A stretch of DNA of 64,000 nucleotides from Octopus bimaculoides (taxonomy: Eukaryota): contig NC_068999.1 of NCBI RefSeq assembly GCF_001194135.2, forward strand, positions 1,473,113 to 1,537,112, in the 5' to 3' direction. The notes under the pieces are model-generated. The model saw only the letters and a list, made by a program, of their open reading frames with translations. It did not search any database and was not told the DNA's origin. This document shows, one piece after another, positions 38,928-52,933 of this stretch; the stretch's first letter is position 1, and each line of letters starts with the position of its first letter. Made by a program: the position numbers and the translations under genes.

Positions 38928-39230
38928 AACTATTTCATCTCATTGGACTACGACCATGCTGAGACACGGTCTTGAAGAATTAAAATCTAGCGAGACAAAT
39001 CTGAGTTGACAAAATTTCCACATTGTTCTGTTGCAATGACAACGTTTCCGTGATTAAGAATTTTGGTTTCTAATCCCATCATTAGCAGGTTCAATACTAG
39101 AGTGCAGATAAAAAGAGAGACGGAGAGAGATGGGGTGAGTGTGGTAAACAGACAGACAAAGGCCTAAAGCCCTGCAAGCTGGTGCTCCAGCGGGGCTGCA
39201 GATCAATGATTGTAACAATTAAACGATAAT
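38928..39230. mobile_element. Two SINE family B tail remnants in opposite orientation (38928-39000 minus; 39170-39230 plus)
   Basis: tttcatctcattggactacgaccatgctgagacacggtcttgaagaa and gctggtgctccagcggggctgcagatcaatgattgtaacaa. Confidence 0.55.
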
Positions 39231-39972
39231 GAAGGAAATTAATAAGACTCTTGTGAAGTAATCCCTTCCATATAGACGGGTAATCACTGCGATATAGATT
39301 TGCGTATTACAAAACACACTTCCGCTTCTAAAAGACCTACGAGAGATCAATAGAATGTATTGCATCCTTAACGGATATCTATTAAACATTCACCTATTTC
39401 ACAATATCCTATTACATATCGTCATTATCTATTTTACTGGATTAATGTCTACATGTTGTTATTATCGGTGGTGTTGTTGTAGCAATTGTTCGTGTCATAT
39501 GGCTCTCCAATCATAATATATTAATAATATGTTAAACTCACTATTTGTTCTACTGTGCTGCAACTGTCGCAAGGACGGCTCTCCCTTGAAGGGCTGCATG
39601 AGATAACATTAACGTGTGTCGCATCTTAATTCCTAATGTGGTAGTATATAATCGAGAGGGACTTGTATGACATTATTCATAGGCAAATGGTGTGGGTTCA
39701 ATTACACTTAATGCTTCATATATATATATAAATATATATATATATAATTATTATTCAACACTTAGTAGTTTCAGGAGAATTTCGGCTGCAACACCTGCTA
39801 CACCTCCCTGTTGCTGGAATGTGTGTTCTTTTCTGCTGTAGGCGGTGGGGTGCAGACGCTTTCCGGTAGAATATTGCATCAGTTCCTTTCTTTTATGGAA
39901 TGTGGTGCAGCTTTTGTAGTATTAGTGTTTGTATTGTGTGTTTTGGACAATATTTTGGATTATTATTATTAT

Positions 39973-40608
39973 GTGATGAAAACTCACAGCTTATTTTGCT
40001 GTGTATGATGGAAAGTGTCAGCTGTCCACAGCCGGCAAACTGTGGTGAAACATGTTTACTGATCATGCTTCAAGAACCAGGCGAAGATTTGTTGGAGTTC
40101 CAAGCAACGCTGATTTTTGTAGATGTTTCACCTTCACACTTGTACCAATCTTTTTCAGCCATGTTGGTAGTTAAGTGCTGATACTTCCAAGTGCACCAAT
40201 TACTATTCATATCACGTCTACGCACCTCATTGACTACAACCTTCGTGTTTCCCACTTCAAATCGTCATAGTTGTTTATTTTTTTCTTCTTCTCTTACATT
40301 GATCTTGTTCTGACCGGAGCATGCTATGTCGATTATCATACATATCCTTTCATTTTTAGTCACCACAACAATGTCCGGTTTCCGATGTCTGGTCAGGGGA
40401 TCGCACTGGATCATTGCATCCCACAGGATTTTACAGTTCTCATTTTCGGTGACTCCTTCTGGAGTTTTCTCATAGAACGTCTTTAGGCTGTGATTTCCAC
40501 ATAGCTCCCCATGAATCATTCTTGTCACATTATCATGGCGTCTATTGGATCATTCTTGCCATATTGTCATGGCATCTTTTGTGACGCCATTCTCATGGCG
40601 TCACAAAA
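39973..40608 (-). mobile_element. 5'-truncated R4/Dong-type non-LTR retrotransposon (RLE domain, 3' UTR, TAA tail)
   Basis: Minus strand: RHDNVTRMIHGELC...YEKTPEGVTENENCKILWDAMIQCDPLTRHRKPDIVVVTKNERICMIIDIACSGQNKINVREEEK [frameshift] INNYDDLKWETRRL*...IVIGALGSIS...HLQKSALLGTPTNLRLVLEA* (stop at 40063). It contains the RHD and PD..D motifs and is flanked by (ATT)n on both sides. Confidence 0.93.
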
Positions 40609-40610
<2 letters not shown>

Positions 40611-40672
<62 letters not shown>

Positions 40673-40863
40673 CATTATTATTATTATTATTATTTTATTA
40701 TTATTATTGTTATATTTTACTTCTCAAAACTCACAATCTTACTTGCTCTACTTAATTCCGTGAGAGTGGACAGCATACTGTTGTGAAACGTCCCATTAGA
40801 TCTCTTGCCACAAATTAAAAGATTTGATACTTAAGCGTTAAGTATCGTGGAATAATTTTGTTG

Positions 40864-40940
<77 letters not shown>
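40611..40940. repeat. (ATT)n microsatellites (40611-40707 and 40861-40940)
   Basis: Direct reading of the sequence. Confidence 0.97.
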
Positions 40941-41329
40941 GTGTAGCTGCAAACTGAAGATATTCATGCAGTCTACATCTATAAACACATCACTGCATTT
41001 AATTTATACAGAATTAACACAAATTCGGTTGATTATCTGATATACGCACGCATGATTCACATAAATTCAATAGTTATGCTTTTGTATTTATAGAAACATA
41101 TTGGTGATTGTGAGATCTGCACTGGTGACATTCAAATGCTCAGAGACAGCCACCATGTAATTGTAATTTCAAGGACGGAAGACGCAACAAGAAATCGAAG
41201 AAGTACATGAAATTTATATTCATTATACTTATGCTGTTTATATAACACAATCTAACGAGAAACGTTATAATGGACAACGAATTTAATATCCAGAAATTAC
41301 AAATCGGGGTACAAAAGATCTTTATAATA

Positions 41330-41365
<36 letters not shown>

Positions 41366-41494
41366 GTATATACTTAGAGAGAAAAAACTGAGAATTAGAT
41401 ACACGTAAATGTATTAAATGTATATATATGTGTGTGTGTACATGTGGATGTGTGTGTGTGCATGTGGATGTGTGTGTGTACATATATAAATATA

Positions 41495-41544
<50 letters not shown>

Positions 41545-42671
41545 CACCTACATATATAAGTCTATATGTACATACATGCACATATAATATGCATGTATAT
41601 ATATATGTATGAATATATTTATATATGTACACACACACATACACATGCACACACAATCCGACGTTGAGGAAGTAATTATGCAGTGAAATAATAACAAGTG
41701 TGTATAAACATTTGAATAAAAGAGAAACATCATGTGTGTGCGTGTGTGGTGCGCGTGTGTGTTTGTGTCTGTGTGCATTTGTGTGTACGTCTGTATGTGT
41801 TTATGTGAGTGTGTGAATGTATCGGTGTGCCTCTGTGTATATATGTGCATCTATATGGGATTTACTGCGTTTATATTACAAAAATTGACGTTGGTAGTCA
41901 CATTAACAATATGTAACAGAAGCAATTGTAACATGAATAACAAACAATAATCCTGTATAATCGATATATTATATCAATGACACTTACAGTAATGGTTGCC
42001 AGAGTATATGTGCCTGCGGGCGCGCGTGTATGTGTGTGTATGTGAGAGAGATAGAGAGAGAGTCGACGGAGTCTGGGCTCCGTGTGAAAGTAGTGTGACG
42101 TAATGCATTAGAATTCTAGAAGCCAAGGAAGACGCTAGACAAAAATGAGAGAGAAGAAACTAGATATTCGCCAACAACAATAAGTCGTAAAACAGAGAGA
42201 GATACAAAAGCGATGGAATCGTTACGGGCAACAAAGACACCGGCAAGGACAGCTATAAAACCGAAGACAAAGAAATAGCGAATCCGAAAGAAGAAAATAC
42301 TTAATGTGTTGCCCAGCCAGGCAGAAGAAAATCATGATTGGAAATTGTATAATAAAACTACAACAACAGTAACATCAATAATGGCAGGCAACTGCTTGAA
42401 GTAACAAAAACAACAGCAACAGCAATGGAAACAAGCAAAGGCTTGAACAAGATAGAGAAAAGATTTTTAAAAAACACAGAAAATACAATAACATCCAGAA
42501 ATGTAAGCAACAGCGTTAACACGAACAAGAACATGAAGAACAGGAACGATAGTAATAAGAGTGTGAGAAAGGGCAAAACCTAATAAGTGAATTAGAAAGA
42601 AACCCGAGTGGGGAGAAGGGTTAGGGGAAAAAATTGGATAAATGAAATAAAAAAAAACGATAACAACAAAC

Positions 42672-42749
<78 letters not shown>

Positions 42750-43084
42750 TTAACGAGGACGATGATGAAATCAAACAATGATGAATATAATATAACAATG
42801 ACAGTAAGAGGTATTGCTACAACGGCCAGAAGCAGTGGAGGAACAAAAGCATGAACTCTATGCGTTTCCCAAGAAAAGAGAAACAAAATAAATAAATAAA
42901 TAAATAAATAAATAGGAAATTATCCATCAACACAATTGCGAAGAATATAGAAAAGGAATCGAAATGGACATTGCTTCTTCTATTTGCAGAAGCATAGTTC
43001 CAATCCCATTACAGATTCACCAAAAAATTGCAAGCATACAAACATAGCCAATATTAACCTTTATTTATTTTTGTTTGCAGTCTT

Positions 43085-43700
43085 GTTCTATCTTGATTTG
43101 ATTGTATGGTGCGTGTGTGCGTGTACGTATGCTTATGTTTTTGCTATGTGCGTATGTTTTTGTGTGTATTTGTGTGTACAAGGGGTGCGTGTGCTTATAG
43201 GAGACTGTGTGTGTGAGACTTGTGATTCTTTTCATGTGTGCGTATGTGTATGAGTTTATAGGGGAGTGTGTATGTATGTGTCTCTGAGTGAGCCTTGATA
43301 TTTGAGTACGTGTATGTATGTCTAGTATGTGTGTGTGTTAGAGTATTTGTGCGTGTGCGTGCGTTTGTGTGTATAGACGGGTGATTATGCGTGTGATGTG
43401 TGTGTTGTGGGATTACGTGTGCGCATATAAATGATGGTTTGTATGTGTGTGTGTGTGCGTGTGTGTATAAGAGTATTCTACAGGTGTGTATGTATGAGCG
43501 TTTGTCTGTGAGTAAATATTTGTGTATTCCAGTGTGTATCTACATGTATGCATATGTACGTGTTTGAGTCTATATAGGTATGTGAGTATTTGTGTGATTG
43601 TGTGTATATGTGCATGTGTGTGCGCGTACGTATGTGTGCATGCATTCATGTGTTTCAATGGATGCACATGTATTACATGCGCACACACGTATGTCTGCAT
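43085..43700. repeat. Cryptically simple GT/AT-rich region (decayed dinucleotide microsatellite)
   Basis: About 600 bp of imperfect gtgtatgtgt repeats. A similar CA-rich region lies at 55940-56375. Confidence 0.85.
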
Positions 43701-44111
43701 CTTACTCCTCATCTCATTCTACAATGGATGCTACAAACCTGAAGAGATATTCGCAATTACTTTAGGTTCCCCTAGAATTTTAAGTTCACTTCGACGCGTT
43801 CCGTGTTTTCCAGTTTAATTTTTTCTTTTCAGCCATTTTTCCTTTTCCTTTTGTTTATCTATTTTATTTCTTTTGTCCGGCAATTCTGGATTGTTGTTCA
43901 TCTTGGTGTTATTATTATTGCTGTTGCTGTTTTTGATGTTGTTCTTCTTCTTGTTATTCTTTTTCTTGTTTGTGTTGTTGCTGTTTTTCCTCACGTTTTT
44001 ACATTCGACCATTTTATGATGAACTTGATTATAATTTATTAGAAACATTCAAGAGATATATGTAAGAGTGTATATATACAGAAAGACATAAATATATACA
44101 TTTTTGTGCAC

Positions 44112-44200
<89 letters not shown>

Positions 44201-46410
44201 CATATACATATGTGTGTATGTGTATGTATGTGTGTAGATATAAGCATGTATGTATATATGTGTATATATATATATATGTATATATATGTATATAAATATA
44301 TGTATATATTTGTATGTATTTTGAAATATAGCGAGAGACAGAGAGCCAGAGAAAGCGATGGATGTACATGTAACTACTACATATCCCTACCTATGCATAT
44401 ATCTGTATATCTGTATATACCTCCGTACACCTATCCCTCTATCTATTAATTATCTATATATCTATCTAACTATTCATCTACCAATCTGCATCTATATCTG
44501 TACATATTTATATATAAATATATGCATACGGATGTGTGTGTATGTATGTATCATCAGTTGAGAAACATAAGTGGATACTCGCGTACTGGAAATATACGTG
44601 GAGAAATATACGTGGATACAGCATGGTGGAAATTTCCCGAATTTTGGTAAAAGAAAATAGAGGAAGATCAGTTAATTATGATTTTATACAAAATATTCCG
44701 CTTTTAGATTCATACACTTTTGGGAGCGACACTTCAGTTTTTCTAAACACTCTAAAAGAACTCAGAATATTCGTCTTCCAGCCACGCCTTATGCAGTACC
44801 CTTGAAGCCAGGATCTTTTAAGCAATTCCTCCTATGTATGTATGCATGCATGTATGTATGTATGTATATAATTGAAAAAACTTACGGAAACTATATTCAC
44901 AAATAGGGGAAAGGATTCATAATCAAATGCCTGCAAACCTGGAGAACAACATTGCGTAGAAACAATTGTAGTGATTCAAAATAAATGATGTCCAACCGTC
45001 TTCCTTGTTGACTCCAAAGTTTTTCAGTGATCAATTCACACACGACAGAAGCCCAAACGCAAATCTGGAAGTACATATAATACTACTACTGAATAGCACA
45101 TGGTAAACCTGAACGTTGACGAGATTTATATTGTGTTCTGCTACGTTCTTAACAGAATATGCCCCATAACTATATATATATAATAGACATACACACACAC
45201 AGACTCACATTATATGTATCTATGATATCTGCAGTGTTATCATGATGAGAATTACACTTATAGTGAATAAATAAGTAACGGATATATTTGGTAAATTGAT
45301 TCGCAAGGTTTTATTTATTTTTTCCTTCTTTCGAATGTACGAATGATGTTATATAATTTTATTACGATATGTCTATATTGAGATGGAAAAATAATAAGAG
45401 TTTTTGGTCGGCAAAAGATAAGATACACTAAAAACTGAAGCCTGTATGTGTTAAGGTAAATACACGTCGTGATAGGTTGTTATACCTAGAAAGAAGAAAA
45501 GTGGAAAAAATAACGATCCTAGTTTATGATNNNNNNNNNNTTTTGTCATAATTTTTTTCTTTCAGTTTTTTTTTTTTGTTTTTATCGTTCCAAGCATCAT
45601 GCTATATTCACGCTTCCAGTAATTATTCAAATTTATTTTTGTCGATTCAGTGTATCATGATATATTTCACAAGTTATATATATATATATATGCATATTTA
45701 TAGAAATATATATATATATGTATGTATGTATGTATGTATGAATATGCATATCTATCTATCTATATGCATATATAAACATATATATATNNNNNNNNNNNNN
45801 NNNNNNNNNNNNNNNNNNNNNNNNNNNNNNNNNNNNNNNNNNNNNNNNNNNNNNNNNNNNNNNNNNNNNNNNNNNNNNNNNNNNNNNNNNNNNNNNNNNN
45901 NNNNNNNNNNNNNNNNNNNNNNNNNNNNNNNNNNNNNNNNNNNNNNNNNNNNNNNNNNNNNNNNNNNNNNNNNNNNNNNNNNNNNNNNNNNNNNNNNNNN
46001 NNNNNNNNNNNNNNNNNNNNNNNNNNNNNNNNNNNNNNNNNNNNNNNNNNNNNNNNNNNNNNNNNNNNNNNNNNNNNNNNNNNNNNNNNNNNNNNNNNNN
46101 NNNNNNNNNNNNNNNNNNNNNNNNNNNNNNNNNNNNNNNNNNNNNNNNNNNNNNNNNNNNNNNNNNNNNNNNNNNNNNNNNNNNNNNNNNNNNNNNNNNN
46201 NNNNNNNNNNNNNNNNNNNNNNNNNNNNNNNNNNNNNNNNNNNNNNNNNNNNNNNNNNNNNNNNNNNNNNNNNNNNNNNNNNNNNNNNNNNNNNNNNNNN
46301 NNNNNNNNNNNNNNNNNNNNNNNNNNNNNNNNNNNNNNNNNNNNNNNNNNNNNNNNNNNNNNNNNNNNNNNNNNNNNNNNNNNNNNNNNNNNNNNNNNNN
46401 NNNNNNNNNN

Positions 46411-46467
<57 letters not shown>

Positions 46468-46672
46468 ATGTGTATTGTCACAGTTGTCTGTAAAACTTGA
46501 GGAGGCATGTGATATTAAATGCTTAAACTTCTATAATAAGGAATAATCTTCAGACGGTGACAATGCCTCCGTTCCGAAACAGAATCGAAGTACATGTGTA
46601 TGTATGCATACTGGTTATTAGCGTAATAATATATATGTTTATATACAATTATATACACCAACAGGGGTGACG

Positions 46673-46899
46673 GCTGGCAGAAACGTTAGCACGCCGGGCG
46701 AAATGCTTAGCAGCATTTCGTCTGTCTTTTCGTTCTGAGTTCAAATTCCGCCGAGGTCGACTTTGCCTTTCATCCTTTCGGGGTCGATAAATTAAGTACC
46801 AGTTACGCACTGGGGTCGATGTAATCGACTTAATCCCTTTGTCTGTCCTTGTTTGTCCCCTCTATGTTTAGCCCCTTGTGGGCAATAAAGAAATAAGAA
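46673..46899 (+). mobile_element. SINE family A, best-preserved (youngest) copy
   Basis: gctggcagaaacgttagcacgccgggcgaaatgcttagc...gagttcaaattccgccgaggtcgactttgcctttcatcctttcggggtcgataaattaagtaccagttacgcactggggtcgatgtaatcgacttaatccctttgtctgtcc...aaagaaataagaa. Confidence 0.96.
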
Positions 46900-46966
46900 G
46901 TTTGCTCCCCAACTACATGGTTCCGCGTTCAGTGCCACCGCGTGGCACCATGAGCAAGTGTCACTT
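46900..46966 (+). mobile_element. SINE family B head remainder (host of the nested family A copy)
   Basis: gtttgctccccaactacatggttccgcgttcagtgccaccgcgtggcaccatgagcaagtgtc. Confidence 0.82.
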
Positions 46967-48423
46967 TAACATTGTAAAAACAATTTTTGATATACAATAA
47001 TAAAAAACTTGAAAACCAGACCCTGTTGTAACTTTATCAACTGATATATATGGTGGTGCGATGTGTGTACGCATATTTATATATCTGTATTATATAAATC
47101 TATTTGAAATATAGATGTGTTTCTACGGAAATTCATAGAAACGTAAATATTATTGAGAGAACTCATTCTTTAATTTCTAAATAAAGCATCATTTATCATG
47201 GCCATGTCATCCACTCACTCACAAACACAATGGAGTTAAATGCATTAAGGTTGTTTAAGAATAAACCCGTTAATACTTTGGTACTGCGATGATCCTAAGT
47301 TTCGATGAACGTAACTTCTGATGTCCTTCAGGTTTATTAAGTGTGAATGACGTGATTATAAAGGAGATCTGACATTTCGTAATCCTATTTTTGTCAGAGA
47401 GAAAAAATATATTGCGGCCGTTCATGTGTGTTTTAGGATATTTATGTGAATTTGATCTTCATGGTTTGCTGTATTTTCAATAGTATCCTCAATTTTTTTT
47501 TGTTTGTCGTTTTAGCCTTTTCAGGGCGGGTAGGGTTGATCATCTATACTTATGTTGATCAACTTTGCATTTGATTTCCATCAAAAGGGCGTCGGTAGCT
47601 GTCAGCAATGGTTAGAAATTCTTGCGACTCATTTTGAGTGTTTTGTTTTATCTAATACCCTAAAATTCTAGCAGATTATTGATACCTAAGGATGTGGAAC
47701 GGTAATTATATAGATTGACTCAATCTTGTTGATCACATTAAGCATAGCGCGCTCTATTCTTCAAAACCTCTCACTGAATTACTTTCTGATAATCGATTTC
47801 ACTCTGCAGATCTTCTGCATAGTAATTCTTTCACTTCAGATACTTACTATCAAAATTCAGTTACAGGTTTTTGCATTTCTTGGGGCAATTTTAATGCATT
47901 CTTTTAAACATTCTTGAAAAGGTAAACAGCAGAGACCGAGAATAGCAGGACTGGTTTGTGCTTGTAACATCATTCCGAAAATTCCAGCAAAGGTTTCTTT
48001 GCCATAAAACATGCGAAAGTCTGTTAGTAGAAAGAATCTGCTGATGTCTATATGGTTTTCCATACGTTGAAAGTATGTAGACGAACCGTCAGGCTTTTTT
48101 AACCATTCAGCAACGTAGGAATGCATCTAAATTTCGGAACTATACAATCTTCAAATTTATCGTTTGGTACTAGCAGAATCAATAGAAGGCAATTGAACGC
48201 AATGCCTTTGGGTATTTCTTCTATCTCATTGAGTTCTGAGTTTAGTTCTTTCTTTCACCAGCTTTGCATTTCCTCACTTCTGGTCCAATAAAATTCAGCA
48301 GCAATCAATTACTGATATCGAATAACCTATATCCCTCAAATTTGCTGATCTTGTACATAAATCAGAAACCATTATGTGATATGGATGTGGGGTGAAAATC
48401 GTAGAAAATCGGAAAAAAAACTT

Positions 48424-48545
48424 CACAGCATTTGCTCCGGTCTTTTACGTCCAGAGGTCATATCTCGCTGAGGTCAACTTTGTCTTTCATTCACTTAGGT
48501 CGATAAAATAAGTACCAGCGAAATACTGGATTTAACAGCATTGAC
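48424..48545 (+). mobile_element. SINE family A, central fragment, diverged
   Basis: gcatttgctccggtcttttacgtccagaggtcatatctcgctgaggtcaactttgtctttcattcacttaggtcgataaaataagtaccag. Confidence 0.85.
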
Positions 48546-49414
48546 CAATCACTATCCAGTGGAGGTAATGGCATTGTGCCTAAATTAGAAACCAGTATTC
48601 GTATATGGTAGCCGAACAGTTTCTCTAGGAAAAGTAACATGCGTTTATATATCACCACAACATATATTTTATCGCTTACTTCAATGATTCCCGAAGCTGC
48701 TTTATGTTCGAACATATTATCAGATCAATAGCATCAAATATAAGTTGCATTTGCACTCTGGAACCGCTGTTAGTACACTTGCGAATATTTCTTCGGAAAT
48801 AGAATAAAACCTAGCAGAATCAGAATTATGGTTCAAACGGGTACATCGAGAATATACGTATTTTTCATATTCCAATGTTTTCGCTTTGCAGTAGCATTCC
48901 TACAGTTACAGCAGTTTCGTCATCATCATCGTCGTTAAACCTCTTATTCTTATTTATAAAATTATAATAAAGGAAACAATGTTTTTTATAATTATTACTA
49001 TATTTATATTGTTGTTATTATTGTTATTGGTCAAATCAATATCTTCTGGTATACAAATGAATATAAAGAATGATTTCGAATGAGCGAATGATAAATGTGA
49101 ATAAATGAGAAAAGAGAGAGAGAGAGTGAGTGAGTGAGGGGAGGGAGAGAGAGAAACAGCATGAGGCTAATGTTTTGTATATTATCGACAATATTGCTAG
49201 ATAAATAATCCAATATGCGTGTATAAAATATTCAGTGAGCCGAAACCATTTAATTCGGAAATAAAAATAAAAAATGGAAAGAAAAATCATTCAAAACTAA
49301 AACAAAATATATATTTTAAAAAAAACAAGAAATTAAATTAAAATATTCCCCAAGCAAATACAATCTGAATTTGAATCAATAAGCATAACAAGAGAAAAAA
49401 CATCAACATCAGTA

Positions 49415-49469
49415 ACAACAACAACAACGACGACAACAACAGCAGTAATAATGATCAACAGCAACAATA

Positions 49470-49500
<31 letters not shown>

Positions 49501-50228
49501 TAACAACAACAATAATAATAATAGTAAATATAATAATAATGATGATGATGATAATAATGACAACAATTGGAAACAAGAACAATAACAATATTAAAATCAA
49601 TAACTAAACATAATAACAATAACAATAATAATAATGATGATGATTATAATTTTTAATATTGTTATTATTATTGTTGTTGTTGTNNNNNNNNNNNNNNNNN
49701 NNNNNNNNNNNNNNNNNNNNNNNNNNNNNNNNNNNNNNNNNNNNNNNNNNNNNNNNNNNNNNNNNNNNNNNNNNNNNNNNNNNNNNNNNNNNNNNNNNNN
49801 NNNNNNNNNNNNNNNNNNNNNNNNNNNNNNNNNNNNNNNNNNNNNNNNNNNNNNNNNNNNNNNNNNNNNNNNNNNNNNNNNNNNNNNNNNNNNNNNNNNN
49901 NNNNNNNNNNNNNNNNNNNNNNNNNNNNNNNNNNNNNNNNNNNNNNNNNNNNNNNNNNNNNNNNNNNNNNNNNNNNNNNNNNNNNNNNNNNNNNNNNNNN
50001 NNNNNNNNNNNNNNNNNNNNNNNNNNNNNNATAATAATAATAATAATGATAATAATAATAATGATAATAATAATGATAATAATAATAATAATAATAATAA
50101 TGATAATAATAATAATGATAATAATAATAATCATAATAATAATGATAATAATAATAATAATGATAATAATAATAATGATAATAATAATAATGATAATAAC
50201 AATAATAATAATAATAATAATAATAATG

Positions 50229-50295
<67 letters not shown>

Positions 50296-50320
50296 TGATA
50301 ATGATAATAATAATAATAAT
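49415..50320. repeat. Large (AAT/GAT/AAC)n trinucleotide array spanning a gap
   Basis: Direct reading; includes a higher-order (AAT)3-4GAT pattern at 50031-50250. Confidence 0.96.
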
Positions 50321-50649
50321 TGACGAAATGAAAAGTATTTCCGTTAAATGAAAACAAAGAAATTAAATTGTTTTTTTCACAAATTTTTAAATAAATTTTA
50401 ATGGTTTATTTTTTTTTCTTCTGTTTCTTAATCGTTGAAGTTATTGTTTTTACAGATGTTTTTCTATTTTGCTTTTTTTTTTACTACTTTTTTTGTTTTT
50501 TGGTTAAAATGTTATATTTTTGAATAAGTCTTGTTTGTTATTTTCATTTATTTTTTCATGCATTTATTGCTTAAGTTTTTGATTTTATTCTGGTTTTGAA
50601 ATTCCGTGAGTGATAACTGTGTGTAGGCTTGAGTGTGTGTGTGTGTGTG

Positions 50650-50709
<60 letters not shown>

Positions 50710-51011
50710 TAATTGTGTAGATATGCAGGTAGTTGCATGTGTGTGTGTGTGTCTCAGGGATGTATACGGCGGCATTTGGATACGTGTGCGCATGCTATTG
50801 AAAAAGAAATATTATACTAAACGCATAACAAGAAAATCAGAAAGTTAAGCCAAGCAAAGATAATGTACATTTATATACAGATGGAAACACGTGCGTGAGC
50901 GTGCATACCTATGTAAGTATATCAGGTGTGTGTATGTATGTGTGTGTGTGTGTGTGTGTGCATATATTATACACGCAAACACACATGATCACACACATAC
51001 AAATATATCTA

Positions 51012-51058
<47 letters not shown>

Positions 51059-51354
51059 ATTTTTGCTAAAATACTGTCATATTTTTACCTACACAACTTC
51101 GTTATTAAATATGCATACATAATCATGAGCAATATGTATACCTACATGTCTGTATATACATATATTTATGCTTATATCATGAATACATATTTGTGTACAT
51201 ACATAGCCACAGGCTATATACATATTTACACCTTTATATATCTATATATATATATATATATATATATAAAGAAATATATCGGTGTGTATGTATGTATATA
51301 TATATGTATATATGTATATACATATATATGTATGTGTATGTATGTGTACGTATA

Positions 51355-51431
<77 letters not shown>

Positions 51432-52871
51432 CAAATATATCCAATATAAACATATATATCAGAGAGAGCGAGAGAGAGAGAGAAACACAGAGGGATAAGG
51501 AAAGAGAGGGAAGGTGAGAAAGAGAATGATACTTATATAGAGTAAGAGTGAGGAAAAGCTAGAAAGTTGTATTCCGCAAATTTAAAATTAAACTATTGCC
51601 TTCTTTATATATTTTCATTCATTTTAAACTTTGGAAAAGAAAACTAACGTTAATTCTTCACTTGCTAGCAGCTGAATATTACATCGCAAAATACCGCTAC
51701 CTGTCAAACATCACATGTTGACATTGCAGCTGCTGCTGCTATTATAATACTGGTGACCGTTGTTGCCATTACTTCTACCGTTACGTCGTCTAATCCGTTG
51801 TGATTTGAACTGAGTGCATGAGTGTATAGACAGTCAGAATGTCAAGGCATACAAAAATAATCTTGGGGTAAGACAACACTTGGGCAACATGTCCCTGAGT
51901 GATATATTGCAACCCATATAGTTGTGTCCTATAAGGTGGATACAACTTCATCGATATATCCTGAAATGTAGTGGCCAATATACTCAGTTAGCATACAGAT
52001 GGTGAAGCTATGGAATATACTGTGCGTGGAGGATGAAAAACACATTTGTGGTTCACGCTTAATAACTTCGTCGAAAGCCCAAGTTTTTTTCTGGCGATGC
52101 TCATCAGTGAGAACAGCACAACAAAAACGAGAACCAATACCAAAAATAAAACAATATTGATGACCAGAACAACAGCAAAAGAGATCAGCGAAAATCAAAC
52201 AAGAACGACGACTAGAAGAACAATCAGATAAACGATAAGGAAAACGCCAACAACCACCAGAACAACAAAACAGTAAAAATAAAAATCAGCAACAATAGCC
52301 ATGACCCGAACAAGAATATAAATGACAACAAAAATAACAATTAACGCAGTAGTAATTATCTGTAATAGCATTCGTCTGTTCACAACGTGTTCGACTGTTA
52401 CGTTTACAAGAAACGTCGATCTTCTGATGTTAGCCAGAACAACTGAAATTAATGCAGCATTTTAAAAGACGGTGCACGATGTCTAGAGAAGAATATTTGG
52501 TTGCTATTTCTGCCAAATTGTGTATCCGCAGAGTTCTACGTCGATAGAAAATAAATAATTTTTACAAGTAAAATGTAATGATTTTGGCAGATTGAACACC
52601 GTAAATATCGATGAATGATTGATTCAGTTACAATGTAAACGGGCTCTAACTTTTCCTATGGGGAAAACGTTGCGTATGAAACTTTTCTAGATAAAAATAA
52701 TTCCAATTTGAATATATTTGGAGTATTTTAGCTTTTTGCTGGCAGAATTCAGAAACTGGAACCGGAAACAAAGTGAAGCCAATAGAAAGACCCTATTGCT
52801 GTTAGACGGCTTTTCCTTACGGGTTTTGCTGTCTGCCGCTGTCTCATACTATTGAAAGAAGCAATTACGAT

Positions 52872-52872
52872 A

Positions 52873-52933
<61 letters not shown>

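Noticed and set aside
47294-47332. Hammerhead-like string cCTGAAGG...GAAACTTAGG on the minus strand
   Set aside because: A9 is lost, stem II barely pairs, and stem I is 1 bp.
47857-48126. 89-aa minus ORF with PAILGLCCLPF, superficially like a sugar transporter or RT segment
   Set aside because: Diagnostic motifs (PESPR, QGD) are absent, there is no usable in-frame donor, and ORFs of this length are expected by chance.
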